A stretch of DNA of 124,000 nt. It comes from Octopus vulgaris. Its lineage: Eukaryota. The notes beneath the pieces are model-generated. The model was given only the letters and a program-made list of their open reading frames with translations, ran no database searches and had not been told where the DNA came from. A program made the translations under genes and the position numbers. The stretch lies in the NCBI GenBank assembly GCA_951406725.2, contig OX597814.1, positions 169,280,001-169,404,000 on the forward strand. Reading direction: 5' to 3'. Shown here piece by piece: positions 43,701-58,055 of the stretch; position 1 is the first letter of the stretch, and each line of letters opens with the position of its first letter.

Positions 43701-45293
43701 GATGTTGATGATGATAAAAGCTTTTATGTTTAAAATAATGCAATCCAAAATTTTGTCAGTTCCAATTGATGGAACTTTGATTTTAAGATAAAATCTGCTG
43801 CAATGTCTATTTGCTTTTCCTTTTCTTTGTGTGAAAGATTGCTCAAGTTTCACATTTATAAATGGGTTTTCAACCTCAAAATTGGTTTGCAATTTTCATC
43901 TAGAAAATACTTTGTTACTGATTAATTTCATATCAGATTAATGTTGCAGAAGTGAATATTTTATAGTTTAATTTCAGGATGTTCAGTTTGTCAGCATAAA
44001 ACCGGCTGTGTGGTTAAGAAACCCACTTTGCAACCATGTGGTTCCAGGTTCAGGTTCAGTCCTATTGTATGGCACCTTCAGCAAGTTCTTTGTTCCTACT
44101 ATGGCTCTGGACCAACCAGTGCCTTGTGAGTGAATCTGGTAGATCAAAACTGGAAGCTTGTCAATTTTTCTCTCCTCATTTATTTTTTCTCTAGAAGAGT
44201 TTAATCTGGAAACATAAAAGAATTTACCTTAAAGAATTTTCATGATGTTAACCTAATATGCTATTTTTTTTTTTTACCTCATCTTTGTGTTATTTATAAT
44301 TTTTGCACTATATTATAACTATAACTATATTATTAAGACTCAAGACTATTGAAAAGGTTGCAAGACGCAACGGAAATTTTAGGAAAATAGAAATAAGAAA
44401 TAAGTGGAAATTTTACCGGTGAGTGTGTTACATTATAAGGCACAAAAAGAAAATGACTCTCCCCAGACACAACAGAATATGCTTCAACACACGAACTCAA
44501 ATAAAGAATCTTGCAAACCAAATCCAAAAACGAAATATAGTATACATATGTACTTATGTATATACAAAAAATGGTAAAAACTCCCTTTGGTCATGAATGA
44601 CCATGGGATTGCACCTAGAAAGTTATCCTCCAAGGCAAAGATCTGGGTAAAGTTATTTATGGAAGACCAGCACTCACCCATGCATACCAGCCTCTCCATG
44701 CTACTGATGTTACCCAAGGGAAAGGCAAAGACCAACACAACTTGGCATCAGTCACTTCACAACTCATTTCTACAGCTGAGTGAACTGGAGCAACATGGAA
44801 TGAAGTGTCTTACTCAAGAACACAACACACAGCCTGGTCCGAGAATTGAACTCACTACCTCATGATGGTTGTGAGCTCAACACTCTAACCACTGAGCTAT
44901 ATATGCATATTTGCATGTATGTCATTGTGTTAGTGCTTTCCACTGCTCGACGACCAGTATTGGTTTGTTTACATCCCTGTAACTTAGAGGTTTGGCAAAA
45001 GAGACCTATAGAATAAGTATCAGACTTGCAAGATAAGTACTGGGTTCAACCAATCTGTTTGATTAAAACACTTAAAAGCAGTGCTCAGTACAGTCACAGT
45101 TCAATACCTGAAATGAACAGAAATAATAAGAAAAAAGGCATGGCAGTGTGGTAAGAAGGTTGCTTCCCAGCCACATGGTTCCAGATTCAGTCCCACTGCA
45201 TGGCACCTTGAGCAAGTGTCTTCTACTATAGCCCTGGGCCAACCAAAGCATTATGAGTGGATTTAATAGATGGAAATTTGAAAGAAACTCGTC

Positions 45294-45435
<142 letters not shown>

Positions 45436-45440
45436 GTATA

Positions 45441-45486
<46 letters not shown>

Positions 45487-46853
45487 TACATATATATATA
45501 TGTATATGTTTGTGTGTGTGTGTCTGTGTTTGTCTGTGATTTGGCAAATAGAAATTAAAAGAAGCTCATTTTGTGCATGCATATGTGTATGTATGTATAT
45601 GTATATGTATATGTATATATATGTATGTGTGTGTGTATATATATATATATACATACATACAAACACACACACACACACACACACACATGTATATATATAT
45701 AGAAATATTACATTTCTTAATATCTCAGGGAGATATAAGCAGTAGTGGTACAACAGAGTAGTTGTATACTGTCAACTGAATGTGACAGTCCCATGAAGGG
45801 AATCACACCATTGCTATTACTTATTCTATCAGCCTCTTTTGCCAAACCACTAAATTATGGGGATGTAAACACACCAACATCAGTAGTCAAGCGATGGTGT
45901 GGGGAGACAAACAAAGACAGACAAAGGGATTAAGTCGATTACATTGACCCCAGTTCATAACTGGTACTTAATTTATCGACCCCAAAAGGATGAAAGGCAA
46001 AGTTGACCTCGGCGGAATATGAACTCAGAACGTAACAGTAGATGAAATACCGCTATGCATTTCGCCCAGCGTACTAACATTTCTGCCAGCTTGCTGTCTC
46101 TTACCACACAGCCACTCCTGTGCCTTTATCAATGTTTTTCACATACCTTTTTTTTTTCTCCATGAATTTCACCATCAGACTTTATTAAGTGTTCTGCCAT
46201 TGTAGATGCTTTACTTGGTTTTGCAATTTGAAGCCAGTATATGCAATTTGAAGCAAGGAAAGCGTTTTTGCTTTTTTGACAAAAATGATGAAATTTTAGC
46301 TTTCCTTTCATTCAATTCCAGATACTTTCATGTAAAATATTCTTCACTCATGATTGTAAAAGATAAATGTGTTGCCTAAATTTGTTATGCGTGACAAAAG
46401 CAGTATTAGTTCAAAGCAGCAATCTGTGTATCATAGGCATTTTCATGTTTAAAAGCCTGAAAATCTCTTATAGATGTATAATGTTAGCAATGTCACTGCT
46501 GCTGGTGGATGACTTTTATTTATTGCTGATATATTTCTGGGTTTTTTTTAACACTATACATCTACTGGAAATACTTTCTTGAGACTTTCAATGGTTTATA
46601 TACTTTAAGTATGATACACAAATTGCTATTGTTTAAATATTGCTTTAATTTCACTAGATTTAAGTTGCTGTTATTTTAAACTCTTTCACATTCAATTCAC
46701 ATTCCACTTATCACCAGTCTTATCACCAGTTCAAGTGATACCGTGAACAATACAAGCTTAATCATATTTTTACTTCTTATTTTTTCATGGTTCATCTTGC
46801 TGTTTTGATGATCTTGCAACTGAATTTGTTATAGGCTCAAACTGTGTAACATC

Positions 46854-47408
46854 TGTAGTGGCACAAGCAGTCAGCGCCATGTCGGATGAGATCTTGCGGC
46901 AGCCATTGCCATCTCCGAGACTGGAGCGAGACCTCACCTGCATCCATTTGCCATGCGAGAGATCCCAACGAGGCTCGTGATGGCAAACTGTATAAAAGGG
47001 CCAAACAGAAACAGATTCATTCTCTTTTCACCACAAGCGCTTGCCGAGCACACTTCACTGGCTGGGTCTCCAAGCTAGTCCCGTCTGCATGTTGTATCTC
47101 CAGAGGCAATGGGCAATGAGGCTATAGTAGAAGACACTTGCCCATAGTACCACGCAGTGAGACTGAACCCAGAACATGTGGTTGGGAAGCAAGTTTCTTA
47201 CCACACAGCCTCTCCTGTGCCTTTATCAATGTTTTTCACATACTTTTTTTTTGTCTCCATGAATTTCACCAACAAAATGCACACAGATTGAAATGGTATG
47301 CTGAGAGCAACACACTTCACCTATTCTGTGAAACTTGTAAATAAACCGGTTGTAAATTGCATTTGTACCTAAAGACTTCCTTCCTTGCCTGCTGAAGCCT
47401 GAATTACA
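46854..47408 (+). mobile_element. Solo LTR-like repeat (TGT...ACA) with an internal insertion
   Basis: Homologous to 17115-17482; TATA-like and AATAAA motifs; no clear target-site duplication found. Confidence 0.55.
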
Positions 47409-48869
47409 CGAAGAACAATATTTAATGGGAGAAGGCGATATTCACCCGATATCGTAAACCTTGCCTCCCATTATACACTGTTTTTCATTCATGTGATTTG
47501 GGTTCTGCCTATTAACACTTGACATATTGATTGTTTTAATCATTCAGCCATTAGGGATGTAAATAGAGTGTGATTTATTGATTACCGAAAATTATAATTG
47601 CCTGAAACATCAATTTACGCTATGCATACATTAAAAAGTTACTAAACTATTTAATACTAGTATTTTAACAGCCATTGCGCATTTGTTGTTTCCTAAACTG
47701 AAAGCAATTGAAAATTATTGCATAATATTGACTTGGAGTTGCTAAATTTCACCGGCTCAGTAAAATATATCCAGAATTAATATTCTTACATCAAAACTAA
47801 GTGCTTGTTATTCAAGCAGAAGATACTATGAAAATCCTATATAAATTTGTCTGTTGAGTCTATGTGGAGGTATGTGTGTCAGTGGCATTACTTTCCTTCA
47901 CCTGTGGATATAGTTGTGTATGTATGTGAATATGTATGCGTGTGTGAGAGAGCTGACTGACTGCTGGAGGAATATAAAATGCTGAATATTGTGAAGGTGG
48001 GGGAAGAGTTTTGTGGTGGGGAAAAGGCATGTCCTAGTGTGTACTTGCATATGTTATGTGTGTGTGTGTGTGTTTGTTTATTGTTTTAACAAGTAATGTG
48101 TTAGTCTATATATGAATATATTTAAGCATGTGTGTGTGTATTTTTTCATTGCTTTAACAGCTGTATACATATATCTGTATGTGTGTAACTATGTGTTGTA
48201 ACTAATATACTGCGTTTGTTTATACTGATTAAATCAGTGATAAAAATAAACAAAAATACAAGAATTTTTTTTTTTCAATAAACAATGTTTCATTACAATT
48301 ATATGAACATACATATTTTAAAACACTTCTATACTACATATTTATTTCTTTAAAACTCAGCCATGGAAACCAGCAATATCTGATGCAAATCGTCTGAGTT
48401 CCAGAGACTTCAGTTTAAGTAACCATGTGCAAGAGCAGTGGAAGCCTGTTGTGTGAATATGTATGTGCATGCACCTACATGTTTTTGTTTGTGTTTATCC
48501 CCACTTCCCTATGCTTGACAGCCAATGTTGGTTCATTTACGTCCCTGTAACATAACAGCTTGGCAAAATAGACCGATGGAATACATACTGAACTTTAAAA
48601 AGTTCATATGAACTTTAAAAATGGTCCATATGGCTCTTGAGGACTTTGGGGGTTCCACGCAACAAAATAGTAAACTGGGAATCCACAATATTTTAAGGGC
48701 CCCTGAAAAAATTTTACTTTAGATCTAGGTATTGGTGTGTATTGCAAGAAACAGCTAGGTTTCTTTCTCTAATGTTTTACATTGTTCAACCTACACAAGT
48801 GAAAAATGAAATAGAGATTTATTCCTCCAAATTTGAATGAGAAATTCAAAGGTATGTGGATTCCATGAA

Positions 48870-49800
48870 TGATTTCCCAGATGTTCAATATGTGCACCAC
48901 CTGAGACACGGCACACATCAAGCCAGTAGTCGAGCTCCTCCCAAATATGCTTCAGTATGTCTTGGGTAACAGTCTCCAGTGTGGTAGTGATTCTCTACTG
49001 GAGTTCCTCTAGGTTTGCAGGAAGAGCAGGGATATAGACCAGGCCCTTCACGTAGCTCCAGAGAAAAAACCACAAGGTGTCAGGTCAGGTGAACGTGGCA
49101 GCCATTTCAACAGCACATTGTCTTCCTCACCAGCATGCCCGGTCCATCTCCCTCGCAGATTGTCTTTGAGATAAGCCCTCACAGTGAGCTTCCAGTGAGG
49201 TGGAGCCCCATCCTGTTGAAAAATGAAGTCTTCATGTTCATTTGCAATGAGCTCATCCATTTGCCAGTTCTGAAGCATTTGCAGATAAACATCACTGGTC
49301 ACATTTCCCTGAAAGAAAAACGGGCCATGAAGATGCTTCTTGGAGATGGCACAGAACACATTCACTTTTAGTAAGTTCCTCTCATGCTAAACTGTGGCAT
49401 GGGATTTTCTTTGCCTTAAATGCGAACATTTTACTTATTGACTTTACCATTCATATGAAATGTGGCCTCATCACTGAAAACAAGGTGTTACTTGAACTCG
49501 GCTTCTTCAAATTTCTTTTGCATATCGACACAGAATTGTTTGTGCTTTTGCTTGTCATCTGCCATTATGGCCTGAATGAGCTGCAGCTTGTAGGGTTTCA
49601 TTAGCAAGCATTTCCTCAGGACATGCCAAACTATTGTTGGAGGAATCTGGGTTTCCAGACTTGTTCTTCTGATGGACTTCTTGAGGCTTCGCATGAGTTT
49701 TGGGTGAACCCGCTCAACCATTTCTTCCTATGTTAAAGGTCATCCAGATCCTTTTGCCCTGCACAGACAACCTTCCTCTTTGAATGTTTTGTGCCATGTC
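48870..49800 (-). pseudogene. Decayed DD41D/rosa-like Tc1/mariner transposase
   Basis: FSDEATF, FQQDGAPPHW and KWLPRSPDLTPC motifs across ORFs 49488-49721 and 49048-49365; stops and frameshifts. Confidence 0.85.
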
Positions 49801-50280
49801 CAAATCTGCATCAGTTGGATGGTTTAACAGGATCTGGGGAGAACATGGCCATGTTGAGCTCTAATGTCAGCATTGGTATGGCTTTGATGGTTAGATGCCC
49901 TTCCTAACACCAATATACATTATATGTATATATATATCATAGGTACAGGTGTGGCTGTGTGGTAAGGAGATTGCTTCCCAACAACATGGTTCCACATTCA
50001 GTCCCACTGTGTGACACCTTGGGTGAGTGTCTTCTATAGCCACAGACTGACCAAAGCCTTGTGAGTGGATTTGGAAGACAGAAACTGAAAGAAGCCGGTC
50101 ATATATATATATATATATATGTATATATCTACATGTGTGTGTGTTTTTATGTGTGTTTGTTCCCCACTACCACTTGACAACTGGTGTTGGTGTGTTTACA
50201 TCTTTGTAACTTAGCAGTTCGGCAAAAAGAGACCAGTAGAATAAGTACCAAGCTTTAAAAAAATACCCTGAGGTCGATTT

Positions 50281-51310
50281 CATCATCATCATTATTAATT
50301 AATGTCTGTTGTCTGTGCTGGGATATGTTGACCAAGGCTGGCATGGTGGAAGGCTGTACCAGACTCTAGTCTGATTTGGCATGATTTCTACAGCTGGACG
50401 CCCTTCCTAACGCCAACCACTCCAAGAATGTAATGAGTGCTTTTATGTGCCACCAGCATGAGTGCCATTTGCATAACACCTGTATCTGCCATGACTACAA
50501 TTTAACTTGGCTTGATGGGTCTTCTTCTCAAGCATGGCATAATACCAAAGGTCTTGGTTATTTGTCATTGCCTCATCGAGGCCCAACACTCAAAAGATGC
50601 TTTTATATGCCACCAGCATCACTCCTCTTGCTTCCATGAGGCCCAATGCTTGAAAGGTGCTTTTTACATGTCATTTGCCAGTTATGTGACACCAGCATCA
50701 GCCACGACTATAATTTCACTTATAAGTATGGCATATCACCAAAGGTCTCAGTCACTAGTCATTACCTCTGTGAGGCCCAACGTTCAAAGATCATGCTTCA
50801 CCACCTCATCCCATGTCTTCCTGGGTCTACCTCTACCACAGGTTCCCTCCACAGTTAGAGATCAGCACTTCTGTATACAGCTGTTCTTATCCATACACAC
50901 CACATGACCATACCAATGCAGTTGTCTCTCTTGCATACCACATCTGATGGCTCTTATGCCCAGCTTTTCTCTCAGGATGCTTACACTCTGTCGAACATGC
51001 ACACTGACATTGCATATCCAGTGAAGCATACTGGTTTCATTTCTTTCAAGCCTATGCATGTCCTCAGCTGTCACAGCCCATGTTTCACTGCCATGTAGCA
51101 TAACAGTTTGCACACAATCATCATACAGTGTGCCTTTCACTCTGAGGGAGAAACCCTTTGTTGCCAGCAGGGGCAGGTGTTCTCTGAACTTTGCCCAGCC
51201 CATTCTTATTCTCACAGCTATGCTCTCAGAGCACCCACCTCCAATACTAAATTGGTCACCTACATAATGGAAGCTATCTTCTACCTCTAGTTTACCCCAA
51301 CTCACAGTTG
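50281..51310 (-). pseudogene. Older RTE RT C-terminal fragment with 3' UTR and (CAT)n tail
   Basis: ORF 50862-51305 (VEDSFHYVGDQ..GGGCSESIAVRIRMGWAKFRE..LHGSETWAV). Confidence 0.85.
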
Positions 51311-51793
51311 ATGGAGTCTATTTTCTGTACATTTTCAGTATTTATTGTACCTGTGCACCTTCCGCACACAAAAACTATACTCCCAGTTAACCTTCCTCTG
51401 ATATTGTTGCACCTCTTATGTTTCTATAGTTTACATTAAGATCAAACAGACTATCTACCTGAAGGGATTTGTGATTTACCTTCCTTCCTACTTACTAAGA
51501 CTTTGATTTGTTTGATTAAAACCCTTCAAGGCAGTGCCTTAGCATGGCCGCAGCCAAATAGCCAAAACAAATAAAAATACTAAAGGAATATATATATATA
51601 GCCATAATATATCGGTAGCCACTACACACATTTTTTTCTCTCCTTGTATCTTTCTGTGTTCCTTTCTGTGGAAGAGCGTAGGCTCGAACCGTGAACCACT
51701 TTTTCAATTCCCAAGCATTATACTAATACATCTGTTTGTTTTGTACACCACCTGTCTTTGTCTTTTGTTTTTTTATGAATTCCCCCATATATA

Positions 51794-51890
<97 letters not shown>

Positions 51891-52485
51891 TGAACAAATG
51901 AATGGAAGTAACACTAAGCACGTAGTTGGAGTTGTATTTATTGAGTAACAAGTGGATTTAGCTCCTCATGTTTCTTAAAGTTTCATTGCCATGAAAGGAT
52001 GTCCATCTCTCATTTTCAACAATCACCATACACTTGTGACTCAGTGACATTAACATTCCACCTGCTTTAAGTTGTGAGGTGTCATCATCTTCCATCTATT
52101 TTTAACCACATAGCCATACTTGACCATTTGGTTATAAACTCTCGCTCTCTCTCAGTATGTAATACAGAAACCATTTCTCACCATTTTATGTCATAAGCAC
52201 AGGTGTTGCTTATATGCTAAATACCTTGCATTGAAGACTAAGTGACACTAATATCCTGTCTGCTTTAACATATGGTGAGCTTCCTTCAAGTTGTCTGCTA
52301 TCACTAAGTCATATCACTTTTCCATTCCAACATGGTTTGAAATGATGAAATAGGAGTTAAGTTCTTTCTGTAATAAAGAAGCAAATTTGTTTTTTTCCAC
52401 TTTGCTTCTGAATGTCTGTGAAGAGGGATGCTTTATCATATCCATGAAACTCAAAGTAACAAGACAACCTGAGTCAAACTGTTAT

Positions 52486-52524
<39 letters not shown>

Positions 52525-52752
52525 TTATGTATATGTATGTAGGCATTCTTTTTTTTCTTTTACTTGTTTCAGTCAACTGACTGTGGCCATGCTGGAGCAT
52601 CCCCTTGAAGAGTTTTAGTCGAGCAAATCGACCCCTGAACTTATTCTTTGTAAGCCTAGTGCTTATTCTATTGCTCTCTTTTTGGCAAACCACTAAGTTA
52701 CAGGGGAGTAAACACACCAACATCGGTTGTCAAGTGACAGCGGGGTGACACA

Positions 52753-52797
<45 letters not shown>

Positions 52798-53524
52798 CAG
52801 GCTTCTTTCAGTTTCCATCTAATAAAATCCACTCACAAGGTTTTGGTCAGCCCAAGGCTATAGTTGAAGACATTTGCTCAAGGTACCATGCAATGGGACT
52901 GAACCCAGAGCCATGTGGTTGGGGATCAAGCTTCTTACCACACACCCATGCCTATACCTATATATAATCACCATCAACATCATTATCATCATCATCGTTT
53001 AATGTCTATTTTCCATGCTGGCATGAGTTGGACAGTTTAAGAGGAGATGACAAGCCAGAAAACTGTACCAAGCTCTTACCAAAGCTTGATGCTCTTCTCA
53101 ATGCCAATCGCTTTACAGTGAGTACTGTTTTGTCTTTACATGGTACTGGCACCTGTGAAGTCACCAAATAACTCATAAGACCCCTCAACTGAAAGTCGAG
53201 CCATACTAAAAAAAAAGGTGGATCTATCCCAAATGATGGGAGTTGAAAGTATGTTAGAGGAATAGAAACAGGTGTCTTGCTGTGGAGATGATGCATGGCT
53301 ATTCCAGTTGGAATAGGAAGGAAGATGGTGGTGAAGAGGTGTCAGGATGTCTCCTCAAGTTACAGGAAGTTGTAAGAGATGTGTCCCAGAAGATTGGACA
53401 GAGTGAATGGGTAGGTATATTTGCATGGGTATGAAAGGAGAGTGGCCGATGGATAGAGTTGGAGTATGGATAAAGTTGGAGTATGGATAGAGGAGAGTGG
53501 CAGATGGATAAAGGCAGCAAAAGC

Positions 53525-53752
53525 GGTGAGCTGGCAGAATCGTTAGCACGCCGGGCGAACTGCTTAGCTGTATTTCATCTGCTGTTATGTTCTGAGTTCA
53601 AATACCACCGAGGTCGACTTTGCCTTTCATCGTTTCAGGGTCGATAAATTAAGTACCAGTTACGCACTGGGGTCGATGTAATCAGCTTAATCCCTTTGTC
53701 TGTCCTTGTTTGTCCCTTCTATGTTTAGCCTCTTGTGGGCAATAAAGAAATA
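53525..53752 (+). mobile_element. SINE family B representative (GAGCTGGCAGAA head; CTTTCATCCTTTCGGGGTCGATAAA core; AAAGAAATA tail)
   Basis: Many copies in window; the core resembles my recollection of conserved Meta/Nin-type SINE central domains (not verified by search). Confidence 0.8.
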
Positions 53753-53869
53753 AGATGGATAAGGACGGCAAGCTTGGCAGAAACGTTAGCAAGCTGGGTG
53801 AAATGTTTAGCAGTATTTCATCTGCTGCCACATTCTGAGTTCAAATTCCATGGTTAGATTGCTGCTTTG

Positions 53870-55330
53870 TACAGCAGCATCTGCTTGGTTGTTCGGGTGA
53901 ATGGTCACCTGTCAGAGCCATTCAGCATCTTGCAGTTGGTCTGTCAAGGGTGCCTTCTCTCTACCCTTCTGTATGTACTGGCTCTTGAACCATTACTGTG
54001 GAAGTTGGAGGCTTTGAGGGGTGTCCCATGTGATCTAGGATGTGGGAGAAGTGTGTCTGCTGACGCTGATGATGTCACCATCATAGTGTTGAGCCACAGG
54101 TATATAGACCTGATTGGTGAAACACATAAGGATATGGAACAGTGACAGGAAGAAAAATTAACAAGGAAAAGTCAGTGGGCTTGCATTTAAGCACCTGAAG
54201 AGGCAAGCCCATGCCATCTGACAGTGTTGTGGGGCACTGGACAGACAGTTCCGTTAAGTTGCTCGGAGTCTGGTTTAATCCAGACCTCCAGTTGGAGAAA
54301 AACTGGGATGAGGTGATGAGCAGAGTAGCCAACCTCACCCAGAAATGGGTCGAGTGGAAGCTGTCCCTGAAAGGTCAAGTGGAGGTGGTGAATGCATACA
54401 TCACATCCATCATCTATTACCACTTGACTGTCGTTCCTTGCCCTGTTTGCTGCTTGACCAAGCTGGTGCGCTTACTCTTCCGCTTTCTGTGGAAGGGGTG
54501 CATTCCACTGGTCAGGTGCTCCATATGCTGTCAACAGCCACTGCATGGTGGGCTGGGCAAGCTTGGTTACTGATGTGCAGACATGCACTATCTCTAGCGT
54601 TTCCTTGATGGTGAACAGGTGTGGTCACTGGGCACTTGGCACCTCAAGTGCTGTCAAGTGCTCACAGCTCTCTGCCAGGCAGGCAATGCGGTCAGTGGTA
54701 GTTCTACTCTAGCGTTCTATAGAAGGCTAGTGGAGGGAAAGTGCAATGACATTCTCATGGATACTCTGGGTGTTGATGAAGATAAACTAACCAGCCTGTT
54801 TCAGAGAATTTTGGGCCTGGACCTATGGATAACTTCCAGAAATCCCTTGCCTGGCAGTGCAACTGAGGGGCACTGCCTATTCGAGATAAACTTTACAGGC
54901 ATGGAAATGGCATCAGCCAGGCCTGCCCAAGGTGCGCCCAGAATGATGAAACCATTCTGCACGCCCTAGTCCAGTGCCCAAGTATTGCTGATCTGTGGGT
55001 TTATCTCGAATACCTGCTCTTGCATGTAGGACAGATCTGGCTATCAGCTGAATCCATTGTGAAGATTGCCCCACCACCCTCTTTTGACTGGGGTGGGGGC
55101 AGGCAATTTTTATTTGTGTAGTGGTTGTAGCGAAAGAGGTTGTATGGTGGACCCGTTTAAAAGGGCTAAAGACAGACACTTTCCTCTTTGGCCAAGCCCT
55201 CATCAACTTTTTCAAGTTGAGGGTGGAGAGGGAAGTATCGCCTTCTAGCAAGTTTGTTGAAAGGTGGATGAATGTTGGAAGAATGGTCAGTGTGAAAGGA
55301 CCAATTCTGAGCGTGCACCTGTATAAAAAG
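53870..55330 (+). pseudogene. Decayed Tx1/L1-like LINE, RT to C-terminal zinc finger
   Basis: VRVNGHLSEPF..QGCLLSTLLYVLALEPLL..ADADDVTI (degenerate YADD); later CPRCAQNDETILHALVQC. Confidence 0.85.
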
Positions 55331-57404
55331 GGAATTAAAGAAGGGCTCTTTGTTGATCAGGCACCCATGACGTTTCTGGGTTTTTCCATGAGGACCTTAA
55401 AGTACCTCCCCTGTTGGGAGTTTCAATTTATTCTATTTTAATTGTTATTTATATTGTTTAATCATCATCATCATCGTTTAACGTCTGCTTTCCATGCTAG
55501 CATGGGTTGGACGATTTGACTGAGGTCTGGCAAACCAGATGGCTGCACCAGGCTCCAATCTGATCTGGCAGAGTCTCTACAGCTTGATGCCCTTCCTAAC
55601 GCCAACCACTCTGTGAGTATATGTGGAAAACCCATTGTATTGTCCTGTTTTTGTCTTTTATGCTGTTGCATGTCCTTTAATGTTATTGTATGTGAGCCCT
55701 TGTGGCTAAAAAAAGAATGAATTATTACTATTATAATAATTATTATTATTATTATTAAAAAGACAATGGATTGGCATTATTGCCTTTCTTCTTTTGGGGT
55801 GGTCAATAAAATAAGGTATCACTTTAGTACAAGGGATGATATAATCAACTCACACCCTGCCCCTAAAACTGCTGGCCTTATGCCTAAATCAGAAACTCAA
55901 AGGTGGCAGGCAAATTGGCAGAATTGTTATAGCATTGAAAAAATGCCTTGCAGTATTTCTTCCACTTATTTTACATTCTGAGTTCAAATCCTGCTGGGGT
56001 CATGTTTGCCTTTCATCCTTCCTGGGTTGATAAATAAATGTATTTCTCAAGTACTGGGATTGTTAGCCTTGAAATAACTGCCTCTCTTCACAATGACTGG
56101 CCTTAATCATAAATTACAAACATTTGTTATTGTTACAAAGTCTGTGAATGACTGAATTGGTAGTGTGTCGGTCAAAATACCATGCCATTTTTATTTAGGT
56201 GCTTACCACATTTTCCAGATGCGTGGCTTAGTAGTTAGGGTGTCAGCATCATGATCGTAAGATTGTGGTTTCGATTCCTGGACCAGGTGATGCGTTGTGT
56301 TCTTGAGCTAAACACTTCATTTCACATTGCTCCTGTCCACTCAGCTGGCAAAAATTAGTAACGCTGCGATGGATTGGCATCCCATCCAGCTGGGGAACAC
56401 ATATGCCATCGAAACTGGGAAACCAGGGCCATGAGCCTGGCTAGGCTTTAAAAGGGTGCATTTATTTATTTATTTATATCACATTTTCCAGCATACAAGC
56501 CAAATGTTTCAGATCAAAATTTACAGTCAAAATGGTTGTTCAACTTATATATACCAAACTGAGTATGAAGGGCTAAAGATTTCATGTGAAATGCAGTAGG
56601 ATTTATAAAGATAGTGATGATGTTTAAATGTTTATACTACATGGTTATATTATACACTACATTAACTTATATGTTGGAAAATACAGTATACACTCATGAG
56701 TTCATATTGTGCTATAGTCAGTTTTGCCTTTTATCTGTCCAGTGGAGTGGGTGATAATATAAAGTACGAGTCAAGTTCTAGAGTCAATAAAATCAACTGT
56801 TCTTTCTCTGGAATATGAGACCTCGTGTCTCTGTTAGTAATCATTATATCATCATCATCATCATCATCATTATTATTGTTATTATTATTATTGTTGTTCA
56901 TATATAATAAAGAATTAATAATAATTATTATTGTCTTTTTTTATTTATTAATAATTATATATTAATACAAAAACAAATACACTTGAGAAAGAATTACAAA
57001 CAACTAATGTGTTCCTGGCAAAATGCCACAGAAATGTACAAACAATGACTGGATTCTCAGATGGAAATAAAATCAATATGTATTACACCTTCCTCTGAAT
57101 ACTATAAGAATAATAATATCGGCTTGTTAGTTCAACACTCGGTGTTTGTGGAAAATTCCCAGCTGATGTTTACATAAATGAGAATGAATGAAGAAGCATA
57201 TGAAATTCTTGTGCAAATGGAAATTGTGATATTGTTTTATTCATTGAGTAAAACCGTTTTGGCTTCCTTCTACTCTGTTAATGAACGCGGAACAGCATGA
57301 ATGTCACAACTTCACATTTCCTTATTTTCTCTCTTGTGATAATAAAGAGGCAGTTATTTCCCCACCTTTATTTTTAGCGTGTGAGCAATCACGGCCTTAG
57401 TGCT

Positions 57405-57617
57405 GTTGTTGTTGTTGGTGGTGTTAAGCAACAAGACGGGTAAGGGTGATTAGGTGATGGTGTAGGGCTTAGGGGTGGGAGACCCCAGACCTTGGAAAAA
57501 TAAAACTATGGTCGTCTTGTTGCAGTCGAGGGCTCTTCGTTGACGCCCGACACCACTGGGAGGTGGCCCTCGAAGTCGCTGGAAATGGAGATCTCCTGGT
57601 CCGAATTCTTGAACGGC
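57405..57617 (-). mobile_element. CpG-rich retroposed insert with (CAA)n tail and 11-bp target-site duplication
   Basis: GCCTTAGTGCT at 57394-57404 and 57618-57628; (GTT)n next to the left copy. Confidence 0.7.
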
Positions 57618-57759
57618 GCCTTAGTGCTTATTTAATAAAAGAAAAAAGGCCCTAAACAAAAGCAGTATGACATGGTTTGTTTTCATATCTGGTTTGCAAA
57701 ATTCATTATGTGAATTTGTGTGTTGAAACAAATTTTGTTGTGTCTAGGGACGGTCATTA

Positions 57760-58055
57760 TGCCAATGTTATCAACACATGCACTGGTTGAATTTCATTCC
57801 TTTATTATTAGTCACTTGGTTAAATATCCAACTAATTGGTTGTTTTGTTTAATTTGGTTAAACAGTGAGTCATTTGTTTTGCCTTTGTTTGTCAAAGCTC
57901 TTTTGTTGCTACTTGTAACCTTTCCTAAAACAAAACAAATGATTTTCTGTTTAACCAAGTTCAATGAACAATTGATTAGTTAGTTGGATATTTAACCAAT
58001 TGACTAATAATAATAGAGTGGAATTGAACCAAAGTGTGTGTTAATAATACTGGCA
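57760..58055. mobile_element. Hairpin-type MITE with long imperfect inverted arms
   Basis: TTATTATTAGTCACTTGGTTAAATATCCAACTAA mirrored by TTAGTTGGATATTTAACCAATTGACTAATAATAA. Confidence 0.7.
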
